The notes below the pieces were generated by a model. That model was not told the origin of the DNA, made no database searches, and saw only the letters and a program-made list of their open reading frames with translations. From positions 1-64,000 of the forward strand of contig JABANN010000128.1 in NCBI GenBank assembly GCA_013115125.1: a stretch of 64,000 nucleotides of DNA, in the 5' to 3' direction. This DNA is from Perkinsus olseni. Its lineage: Eukaryota. Both the position numbers and the translations under genes were made by a program. Position 1 is the first letter of the stretch, and each line of letters begins with the position of its first letter. Of the stretch, positions 50,177 to 60,543 are shown in pieces.

Positions 50177-50658
50177 ATTGACGCTAAGTCAAACTACCAC
50201 AGGCAAACACCGTTGAAGCCACAATCCTGCCAAACTCCACAAAAGTCCGGTGATAAAATTTTCAGCCACTCATCTTTATGATAATAATCGTAGTTCAATC
50301 GAGTTAGGCATCCCAAAGATGCCTCTCTATAAAGAGCTAAGAGCAATTCTCATTCACATCCACTGTGCGTGTATGGCTATTATTGTCATGAGTCGTTAAG
50401 TTCCGAGAATCCATCCAGGTCCTCTGAGGAATATATAATAAAACTTTCCGTCGTTGGTATGCTGCTGCCGCTGCCGCTGCGCACCACCTACAACAACAAT
50501 GCAGCTTATCCGCTGGCCCTGTAGGGGTCGATCAGAAGGAAAACCCCAGGACGTAGCCACCCACGAATCTACCAAGCGCTCCTGATTGATATGAGAGTTC
50601 CATCAACATGAGACATTCAGTACGCTACCTCCCCTCACTGTGGAAGAGCCGCTGCCCG

Positions 50659-51283
50659 TTAAACTACACTCGAGGAGCAGGAGGATTCCATCCCCGCCTC
50701 CCGCCTTGTCCCTTGCATTGAGTTGGACATCGGCAGGGCCCTAGGAGGCCCCATTCCCGGTGCCATCACCGAGCTGCTAGTGATCAACATCCGCCGCAAC
50801 TCTTCAATCTGTGCCTACACGCTGAGCCTGCTGCCCGTATCCTACCCATGAAGGATACTACTTCTAAGGCGGCCACGGTCTCCTGAAGCTCCTCAACATA
50901 CCCAGCTTCGGTCTGGATCATCGCATCTTCGGTTGATGCAGAATAAGATGCTGATGACGATGGGCGAGGACCCGCAGCAGGAAGGGACCTACGTAGTAGC
51001 AACAGCATACGTGTGCCCGTCAACAGTGACCAGAGATAGCCTACCTCACGGGGTCCCCGTCATCATCACACTCTCGGACGGGCCTCCATCGACGGCCATA
51101 TCGAGGCTTCGCCCTCGACGGGCAGGTCAACACATCAACACTCGTGAGTGCTCCAAAGGGTCTGAGTAGAACCCAGTACCCCAACCACCTCCCGGACCAC
51201 GGCTACTACATCCCCTCCCAGAAGCAGTCCTCCCTAATAGCCTCTTCAGTGTCCGTCAAGTCCTCCTCCTCTCCTTCACTCAT
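50659..51283 (-). CDS. Hypothetical coiled-coil protein (spliced; ends uncertain)
   Basis: Exon-like pieces MSEGEEEDLTDTEEAIREDCFWE, GYVEELQETVAALE, IEELRRMLI. Confidence 0.4.
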
Positions 51284-51590
51284 GTCCGTAGTAGGGGTGG
51301 CCGAGCAAGTACTATCTCGGTCACCATAGACATCCCTGTGAAGCTGACTGGCGAACCCTCGGACGTCTGCAGCGACCTCTCGAAGGAAACAAGGCCACAT
51401 CAGAAGCTACAAAGGCGTCGATCAATCGGACCTCGACCCAACCCAACAGCAGCGGCTCCCGTCCATCACTCAGAGACAAATACTGTTAAGTACAACATGA
51501 CGAGGATGAAGGCAATCTTCAATCGAGACTCGGCGAGATGAACTTAAGAAATGCTGGATACAATAGCGGACAGCAGCTAATTCGGCAGGA

Positions 51591-52600
51591 CTACTCATTT
51601 TTGACGTACTTCGGAGGACAAAGGAAACTAAATACGTTTTCACCAGCTACTTGGCGGACCGTCCGCGTCAACCTCTGGTCAGCCCCGCAATGGTTCGTTA
51701 CAAGCTCGGCAATATCGCTGACAATTTGCACATTCAAGTTGAAGTAGTTGTGCCGTATCGAGTGAACGTTCTGCTGCATGTGACGACAGTCCATCACGTC
51801 AATTCTGCTGCGGCCATAGGGAAGAGCCCCACTCGGGCGAGCGCACACCGGCCAAACCTTCCTCCCTATAACCTTATCCCGTGAGAAGACCTCCGAGCAC
51901 AGCAGTGCGAAGTCCCTGTCGTCACAGTAGAGAGTCATCCGATCTGCCACGTCCAACACGCGGGGCACATGAACCTCCTCAAAGCCAGCTACGGGAAAGT
52001 CCGCATTGACGAGGACCACATTGGACAATCTCAGAACCCCCATACCCTCCGGATCGGTGAACCGTCGATCCTCGTACTCCTCGAGAATCATAAAGAAGAG
52101 ATGTGCTGCCATGCTGTGGACGAGGCAGTGGACATGCTCGTATCCCTTCCTCCGCAGGTCCAATAGGAAGTCTAGAAGGTCCGTCGTGAACTGTCCTATA
52201 CAGCCCTTCGCCTTACCGTACGACAGCGTCTGCCCCGTGGCTTGGGAGAATACAAAGGGATGAATATGAGAAGGGAACCTCCCCAGGGCCAGCATTTGAC
52301 CCAGCCGTAGCAAAGCGTATTCAGTAGGGCAGTTGTAGCCATGAAGGAACACCAGTGCCTCGCTCGAAGGCTTAGTAACCGGCAGGGGCTCCAGGACGTA
52401 CATAGAACGACCCACTATCTTCACCCTGGCACTGCACTCATAACCTCCCTTTACTTCCAGGCCCCGATTCGGCCATAGATGGGCTGTTATCCGCCTGTCC
52501 TCGTCCTCCAGGCGACTCGTTAAAGGGTTACCTCCACCACGAGATGGCGATGATACACCTACGATGGTGGTCCCGACTGTGATAGTACAACCCTACTCGA

Positions 52601-52653
<53 letters not shown>

Positions 52654-54909
52654 TAGGTGTCAATTTCGGCACTTCTAAGGTTCCTCCGCAAAGTTCTCAG
52701 GGATTCACCGATCTCCCTTGTCTCCTGGCCTACCCTGTCAGTAACCTAACAGCCCTCTGATCACAACCCCAACCTCATCGCGACACCTCACCTGCGGCAG
52801 GTGGGCATAGAAGTCGCCCCCAGCGCAGCACTCCACTCCCACCACCCCATACCGCATGCCTTCCTCCGAGCGTTGAGGGCAGAAGTGGGTCTCCCGGAGG
52901 TCCATCTCCGCCCTGCTAGTCGCATACCTGTCCAAATCGATCATCACGACCACGCCAGCATTCCCCCCATTACATAATGAAGGTTTGCACCGACAACGAA
53001 CCTGATCCGAACTCCCGGGCTCGGAAGGGGCCCACAGGCTCCCCGTGACAGAAGCGTCCCATCAAGCATTCCCCATGGAAGGAATCATCCCGCCACTCAC
53101 CCGTACCATGCGGCCGTCCCTAACGCGAATCATGAGCTGGACCGAGGCCAGGAGATTGAGCAGACCTCCTTGTCCGTAGAGCCCGTGTATCTACATCTCC
53201 TCCAAGTACGAGGCGTGAAGATACCATATGGGATGTACCGGAACCACCCATCACCTTCGTGCTGCAACCGGAACCTAGAACGTCCATGAAGGTCCTTCGC
53301 GCTCGCTTTGGACGGTTCTAGAGGGTGCTTCACAACTCCGTTAACAATTCAAAGGTCTTGGGCTGACGCGCAAATTTTTGTAGATAAAAATTTGAGAGAA
53401 TACGACCAATGGCACAAGGAGGCAAGGTGTCCAAAATGGCGCTGTGAATCGGCGACTGCAACTGGTGAGACCCTTTACCACCAATGCTTGGCCAGCCAAG
53501 CCTCTGATATGTTGTGGATGAGCAAGGGGTACAACCAATGCAATAAGGCGTAGGCCAGGAAGAGGGCTAACTCTATGCTCATGATGAGGATCAACACCAG
53601 ACGCTCGCTCTGGAAGGGGAGTAGGGACCAGGGAGAGGAGCCCATCAACCGACTACCCGTGTTGGCTTGAGGAGAAAAAAAAAAGTCCGATCCGAGTCGG
53701 GGTCATAGACCCAAGCCAGCCACATCATACCGAGGTACCTGGCAGGGTATCCTCACAGGAGCGCTGGCAGGTGGGAATACTACAGGGTGGTGAGCATGAG
53801 GGTGGGGATGACGAACTGTTGTGACTGGGCTACACTAACCATCGCCGCCACTGCAACCAGGCTGGTCACCACCACTGGGGCCCACAAGGGCACCGCCCAA
53901 CGCTGAGAGACGCCCTTCGACCATGGGAACTGGGGTGGGAGGAAGGCCTACGTTGGTGACACCCGAGGAGGTGATGTTGAGGCCTAGCTGCTGGCAAAGC
54001 ACGATAAATAGACAGAAGATGAGCACCGCCTGTAGTACCCCTTGGCTGACAGAACGTGCCCTGATGGGACGATGGAGGACCTTAGGAGAGACTGAGTCGA
54101 GGAGAAGAGTAGTAACAGGGTGGGACAGTGGAAGAAATTACTTTCACGGCCCCGCTACTCTTGATGCATGGGATTTATGGTACTAGTAGTACCACATTAA
54201 TACAAGTAAAATAGATCATGTATTTTTAGGCGAGAAATATTCCCAGAGATCTATAGACCTATAAACGGCTGCCTTGAGAGTGCTCCGAGGACTGCTCACC
54301 GAACGTCGGGAAGTGTAGAGTGTGGAAAGCGGTCAGAACCGGACTCAGAATCAATCTAGGGAGCGCTACTGATGTCACAATAGATCCATTGAACGCCTCC
54401 GTTATGACCGAGTCAGAGTAGACCCGCCCCCCCCCTTATCCCATCCTACTACCCTCAAGAGCCTCCTTCGTTCCATAATACGGAAGGTTGATGCCAGAGA
54501 ATCAACGCACACTCTACCTACCGTAACAATCGGAACTACCATGGAAAGGTAGGGGTACTCACCCGCCCCTAGATGATCGGTTTCAGAGTAGTAATAGTCC
54601 GACTTGGAATCGTCCATATTCAACTCAGATGGTACAGTGAAGGGGCTCCTAACCCACGGGTACCCCGAAGGCCACCACCCTCTCACTAGTACCTCTCCTC
54701 GCCCTTATCAGCCATAATGATACTACTACTACTGGAGCTTCTCGATTCGCCTTGTATTATGCCATTATGCAGTTCGGTGGCCATTCAAAACTAGTCAACC
54801 CTTCTTGTATCACTAAGAGACCCCCATCATCCTCATGACCAGCAACGCCTTTTCGTCACTCGGGCTCGCCATTCTGATCGATAACCTCACTGAGATCCGT
54901 GGATGTCAT
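51591..54909 (-). CDS. Multi-TM protein with C-terminal alpha/beta hydrolase (DUF900-like); 5' end approximate
   Basis: Last exon has VFLHGYN, LVHSMA (nucleophile elbow), NAD, D.AL..S, HNYF. Upstream exons have hydrophobic helices (LIFCLFIVL, LILIMSIELALFLAYALLHW). Confidence 0.75.
52602..52653. repeat. (ACT)n microsatellite, about 17 units
   Basis: Perfect trinucleotide run. It reads as poly-Ser in the apparent minus-strand exon frame (RSAEIDTYSSS...). Confidence 0.95.
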
Positions 54910-55611
54910 CGAATGAACGGCGATTCTAGGTGCTTGCTTTGAATTCAGTAGCGGATTATCGGGCACCTACTGCGGCACCTCTTCGCTGTTTATGTGGTCA
55001 GTTCTGTCAAGAAGTAGCTACCTTTGAGGGAATGCAAGCTCGAATGTGCTAGGCGTAACGTCAGATCAATTCAGGGTGAACCATCTGGTGCGAGAGGGCA
55101 GCTTTACGGCGAAGACGGCTGTTTCGGATGGTACCACACTCAGAGATGCTGCCACGTACTTCGTCGGTCGCTCTTGGGGGAATGACGATCCAAAAACAGG
55201 TCAACGAAAATAACATATTTCAGCACCTACTTGCAAGAGTGAGATGATAACTATTCCCACCACCACGGTTGTTACCACCGGGGTTTGTAGTGCCAGCGAA
55301 GTACGTCTTTCCGAAGTGTTCAGTGGCAGTACAGGGGTAGCGACCTAGCATGGCAGGCCCTTCACTTCTGAGTGCATTCCCGTTGTCCACTGCCGTTCCC
55401 AGTGCCGCGACTAAACTCCGTTATCGTATTGAGCATTGCGGTAGTCACGCTATCTTGCAAGGTTGTTTCTATTCGTCCTTGTGTAGGTCTTGGAGTTCAC
55501 TTGGTGCCGCTCGTTTTGTCTAATGGATGCCGGCTCGCGTTTTACCACTTTTTCCATCAGTTTCGCTACGTTGTGTAATCCCTGCATTCCCGGTTGTCCG
55601 TAACATCCTCA

Positions 55612-57246
55612 ATGGGTGGCCTAGGTTTAGCCGACCTAGATCGGGTCTACGAGGTAGCAGCAGCAGAAGAGGAGGAGGAGGAGGAGGAGGAGTCTGGTCG
55701 CCACCATCATCGCAGCAGCTGCAGTATCATCCATCACGATAATAAGGGGAAGAACCGCTCCATTACGGAGCGTCGGGGACAGAGCCATGACAGCGCTCTC
55801 CGTGGGGTTTCGTTATCGGATGTCGCTGCACGTTGGTTGATATTTTCCGGCCCTACGGGGACCAGCTCGACCTACGACCTTTCTCGTCCTGTGGACCATT
55901 TAGACCTATTCCTTAGTCACTCCTGGGGCGCTAACATGTTTTGGAAGCATCTCTCGTTGATCACCGCCTACTACATGCATATCGGTTACATCGTCATGCT
56001 CACTTTGTCGATCTCGCTGTCCATCATGATCTACTTCCTTCCTAGCGACAGAGAAGTCGTGGCCTACTGTGTCGAGATAGGTGGCCTGGTCATCGTTTGC
56101 CTTGCTGTTGCCTTTGGTTGCTTCTTTACACGCTTGTTTCACAAGGACCCAGTGGTCTTTCTCGACAAGTGTTGCATCTCCCAGACAGACACTGGACTGA
56201 AGTACATCGGTATTCATCACATCAGCTCATTCCTGAGCAGGTCTGATGGCCTCGTCATACTCTGGTCGACCGACTACTTTTCTCGGCTTTGGTGTGTCTT
56301 CGAGCTGGCTGGGTTCCTCAGGACCCACGAACCGGGGAGAGTAACCTTCATCTCTAATATGCAGACTAAGTTCTGTATGTTGGTGGCGATCTGTGAAGTT
56401 GCTATTTTGGTGATAATGATGTCGATTGACCTTTCTATGGTGGCCAACCGTATCGAGTCTTTTACTCCGCTCATTCTTTATCTGGCTCTTGAAGCTGCAG
56501 TCACGGTCATCATCAGTACCATTGTTTGCTTTATCTTTATCCCGGCCAAGGCCAACCTACAGGCTCAGATCACCAACTTCACTGTAGCTAGCGCTCAGTG
56601 TACCCTGCAGGAAGACCGTGCGTTCATAAGGGAGAGCATCACCAAGTGGTACGGATCCGAGGCGCAGTTTGAAGAGAATCTTCGAGCCCATTGGGACGAG
56701 ATCGCCTCTGCTCAAATGCCGATATGGACTCTCAGCAGAAGAGGTGTCTACATTGTGGTAGCTCCCTTCCTTGCCTACGGCATCCCAGGTCTGGCCTTCT
56801 CCTTGTCAGCCGATGGTCTTCATCCTGTCCCTCAGTGGTGGATCCCCTTAAGAGACATGCTCATACTGACCATCATGCTGGGGTGTCGAACTCCACTCAT
56901 CGCCAACGTGGCTTACAAACTCTACGCTATCAATACATCACGTAGTCGCTTGTCAAGGCTTGTACTATATACGGTTATTGTTGCCTTTGGATTGGCTTAT
57001 GATGCTACTCTGGTCGTCGGCGGCGGGGCCGCACTGTTTAGTAACACTACCCGAGACCAGATCAAGATACCAGAGCCTTATGGTTGGGTATTTGTCATAC
57101 CGGTGGTGTTTGTGCTGGTATACCTGTATATAACATACACTAGGCATACCAATCTGAGCATCGACGTCGCCGCAGCAACAGCAGTGGCACTGCCTGAGCT
57201 GTCCCTATCGCAACAGGATACTCCCACCACCTCATCATCAGTGTAG
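55612..57246 (+). CDS. TIR-like domain multi-pass membrane protein, intronless
   Basis: DLFLSHSW, VFLDKCCISQ, ISSFLSRSDGLVILWSTDYFSRLWCVFEL; two TM helices inside the domain and about 6 after it. Confidence 0.8.
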   Translation: MGGLGLADLDRVYEVAAAEEEEEEEEESGRHHHRSSCSIIHHDNKGKNRSITERRGQSHDSALRGVSLSDVAARWLIFSGPTGTSSTYDLSRPVDHLDLFLSHSWGANMFWKHLSLITAYYMHIGYIVMLTLSISLSIMIYFLPSDREVVAYCVEIGGLVIVCLAVAFGCFFTRLFHKDPVVFLDKCCISQTDTGLKYIGIHHISSFLSRSDGLVILWSTDYFSRLWCVFELAGFLRTHEPGRVTFISNMQTKFCMLVAICEVAILVIMMSIDLSMVANRIESFTPLILYLALEAAVTVIISTIVCFIFIPAKANLQAQITNFTVASAQCTLQEDRAFIRESITKWYGSEAQFEENLRAHWDEIASAQMPIWTLSRRGVYIVVAPFLAYGIPGLAFSLSADGLHPVPQWWIPLRDMLILTIMLGCRTPLIANVAYKLYAINTSRSRLSRLVLYTVIVAFGLAYDATLVVGGGAALFSNTTRDQIKIPEPYGWVFVIPVVFVLVYLYITYTRHTNLSIDVAAATAVALPELSLSQQDTPTTSSSV

Positions 57247-58908
57247 TTCGGCGGAGTTGTGGTATTACTGATAATGATGAGGGCTACTGTATAGGACTGG
57301 CATGTTCAGACAACTCTATCGTATTTCCCACTCTGTTACCTGCCTGGTCCCGTCATCAGCAGCATCAGTGGCCGTAGTGTCGTTATTTCCATTATTATTG
57401 AATTAATCAAGGGTTAATATATCCTTCAACGTTCCTCACCTATACTTCCTTCACTGCTTTCTACCCGACTCTCTCCGCCTTGCGTTTCGGTACAGACCAC
57501 TGACACGCGGCATGCTTCATTTGGAGGAAGCTCTGGGGTCTGGAATGAACTACCAAGACTGCTGTCTACCGTAAAACTTCTTCTCCTCTTCGCGGGTCTT
57601 TGAGGGTGGAATTGCTACAACGCGTAAAAACCATCGTGTTCTCAAACAGGTCTTTGCTACCGGCGGTCCAGGACGCTCCAGTATAACGTCGATGTTAACT
57701 CTAGGAGTACCAGTACGTCTTCAGGAGAGTGCCTAGTGTCCCCGCAAACAAGCTGGGACTCGCCTTCTACGACGGTTTTTCGTTCATGCATGGGGAAATG
57801 GTTGAGGCCTTTGATATCTTATTTCCGGCAAGAGCAGACGGCTATACTCGTGCATAGTGACACTGAGGTCTAGGGTGTTGGTTGTATGAAGATGCACCCG
57901 TGCGGGACAGGAACATCATCTCACAAACTAACTTTCTGAACCTCTCGTCCTGCTTTTTTGACGAATGCCACTTCGCCTCTCCCGCTGATGAGACGCGGGG
58001 CTGCTTGCGGGCCGTGGTATTTCCGCTGCCATCATCGTGCGACGCGAGGTGTCGACGGAGACCAGCGGCGGCATTATCATCATCGACGCCGGTCTTGTAG
58101 CGCTAATTTTAACGGTAAATCGGAGCTACCCCTCGGCGAAGTGCACTTGGAAACGCTCTTACTGTGCGGCAACTATTTCAAGTGCACCAGGAGAGGTAAT
58201 ACTCAGGATTCAATAGACGCGGGATGAATTCCAAGCAAGCATCTTCAGGGATATGTTTGTCCTTGGCACCAGTTGGAAACTAGTAATTGCCTTTTCCGAT
58301 TTTCGGACGGGTTTCTCGCTTTTCGTTCCTGGAAGGCAGGGCTTGGATTCATCCGCAATAAAGGCGTTCTCGCTTGCTGTGGGTTTTCCGTCCTTGGGAC
58401 CCAAGGCTTGGGTTTTGGCCATGCCGTGCAACCAAAGAAAGACTTAACTTGTGCATCGATTAGAATGGCGCGCGCGATTATCCCGGTTGTCCCAGGACAG
58501 TACTCACGCCTGCAGACATCGTTGCTAGCTGGGACGTACAATGGTTGAATAGCCTCCTAGCTGCCAAGATGCTCAGTGGCCGATAGACGCAGATTAAATT
58601 TTAGAGCTGGCTCGGAAGGATGGGAATTCGCCGGCGGTTGGAATTGTTTAAGACATTTTTTCGGGGCATGGTAGGAACAATTCTGTCACAGTCGAGCCAG
58701 CTAAGCCGTGAAAGTGTGGACTGAGCAACTGCGGAATTAAGTCCTGGATGGGGGTGGAATTGCCGCTAGCTTTCCGTCTCTCGAGCACTGCGAAGCGTTG
58801 TTGTCACAATGGGGTCGAGTACCACGCTAGCGCTAGAACTGTGGTTTCACGCGATGAGAGATTACAACTAATTTTATTTTATAAAGTTTCTCGGTTTCTC
58901 TTTTGTTG

Positions 58909-60543
58909 ATGCCCCGGTTTCACTCGGCACTCACGGAGCAGAGCAGCAAGCCTTTGTCGTGGACTGACGCCTCTGGTAATACCTATTCTTACTATGAGCA
59001 TCCTTTCTTGAAGTCCGTCCTCTTCATCTTGGGGCAAGAGCTGTGTGAACGATTAGCTTACTACGGTCTTACGCCCAACTTGCAGACTTTCCTGAAGGAG
59101 TTTGCTGGTATGGATGATAGTGGAGCCAACTCGTACATTTCTATTTTCAACTCGATCATTTATTTGACCCCCCTAGTGTCAGCCGCTCTGTCTGATACTA
59201 TCCTCGGTCTTTACGTCACTATCGTCGTATTCTCTCTGATCTATGCATGTGGGTTGGTTCTACTAACGCTATCAGCTATCGAATCTATTTCCGAGCAATG
59301 GATGATTGATGTGGCACTGCTTTTCCTCATCGCACTTGGTGCTGGTGGTATCAAGAGTTGTGTCAACATCATGGGTGCTCAGCAGTTCCATCCTGAGCAC
59401 CACAGGGACCTCATCACCAGGTATTACACCTACTTCTATGCTACCATCAATATTGGTAGTATCATCGGTGGTATCGTCTCCCCCATCCTCGTGCAGGAGT
59501 GCTCGTTCTTCGTTGCCTTTCTCTTCATCACTATCGTCTTCCTGTGTGCCTGTGCTGTCTTCCTTGCGGGTGGCATACTGGGGAGGTATGTGAAGCCGAA
59601 GCCACAGGGTTCGGCGGTACTGAAGGTCGTGGAGGTCATCGGGGTGGCCTGTACCAAGTTCTCTTTCGAGAAGTGCAAGAAGTCTAAGGGTGGACGGTTT
59701 GAAGATTCCTTTATCGAAGACACGAAGTGCTTATTGCGGTTGGTGCCCATGTTCACCATTGTGATTCCCTTCCAAATGGTATACACGCAGATGACCACTG
59801 CTTATTTAACGCAGGCCACTAAGATGGACACCAACACCTTCGGTTGGGATATGCCTGCTGCTATGTTCCAAAACGTGGATCCCTTCGCTGTCATCATCAA
59901 CTCGCTGATACTGGATCAAGTCATATTCCCCTTCTTGCAAAGGAGGGACAGGATGCCTTCAGTGTTGGGCAGGTTCTGTCTGGGTTGCATTGCTGGTGCT
60001 TGCTCTCTTCTCTGTGCTATGGGGTTGGAGTATGCTGTAATGGCAAAGCCTTTGTTTACGATCTCTGCATGGTGGCAGGTCCCACAGTTCTGGCTTATCG
60101 CTTTGGGTGAGTGTTTCCTATTTGCTACTTCATACGAAGTTGCCTTCACCTACTCGCCCGGGCAATTGAAAGCATGTGCCTCTGGTTTGAACTTACTATT
60201 CTTCTCCTTTGGCTCCATGCTTTCGGCTGTTTTATTCCAAGTCTGCTCACCGTGGTTGCCGGATTTCAAGCCTGACGATCCTTCTACTTGGGGCGGATCT
60301 CATTATGATTACTACTACATGGTTCTCATCGGTTTCTGTGTCTTGGGTGCCATTGGTAGCCTGGCTCTCATTCCCTACTTCAACAGGGTCGCTGCGGCCA
60401 ACTTGGCGGTTGCTGACCGCGATGCCGAGCAGCCGAAGAAGGAAGCTGGTCCTGCGGATTCCTGTGATTTTGACGGCGAGTCGTCGGAGTCAGCGGTGAA
60501 GTCAGACCGTGTTGATGATTTGGAGAACCAGGTGTTGGCATGA
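58909..60543 (+). CDS. Proton-dependent oligopeptide transporter (POT/PTR family), intronless
   Basis: QELCERLAYYG (ExxERxxYY), LGAGGIKS, FYATINIGS (PTR2 motif), WQVPQF; about 12 TM helices. Confidence 0.95.
   Translation: MPRFHSALTEQSSKPLSWTDASGNTYSYYEHPFLKSVLFILGQELCERLAYYGLTPNLQTFLKEFAGMDDSGANSYISIFNSIIYLTPLVSAALSDTILGLYVTIVVFSLIYACGLVLLTLSAIESISEQWMIDVALLFLIALGAGGIKSCVNIMGAQQFHPEHHRDLITRYYTYFYATINIGSIIGGIVSPILVQECSFFVAFLFITIVFLCACAVFLAGGILGRYVKPKPQGSAVLKVVEVIGVACTKFSFEKCKKSKGGRFEDSFIEDTKCLLRLVPMFTIVIPFQMVYTQMTTAYLTQATKMDTNTFGWDMPAAMFQNVDPFAVIINSLILDQVIFPFLQRRDRMPSVLGRFCLGCIAGACSLLCAMGLEYAVMAKPLFTISAWWQVPQFWLIALGECFLFATSYEVAFTYSPGQLKACASGLNLLFFSFGSMLSAVLFQVCSPWLPDFKPDDPSTWGGSHYDYYYMVLIGFCVLGAIGSLALIPYFNRVAAANLAVADRDAEQPKKEAGPADSCDFDGESSESAVKSDRVDDLENQVLA

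Noticed and set aside
57980-58040. CTGATGA as a hammerhead core or C-box
   Set aside because: No matching stem II plus GAAA and no suitably placed D-box with terminal stem.
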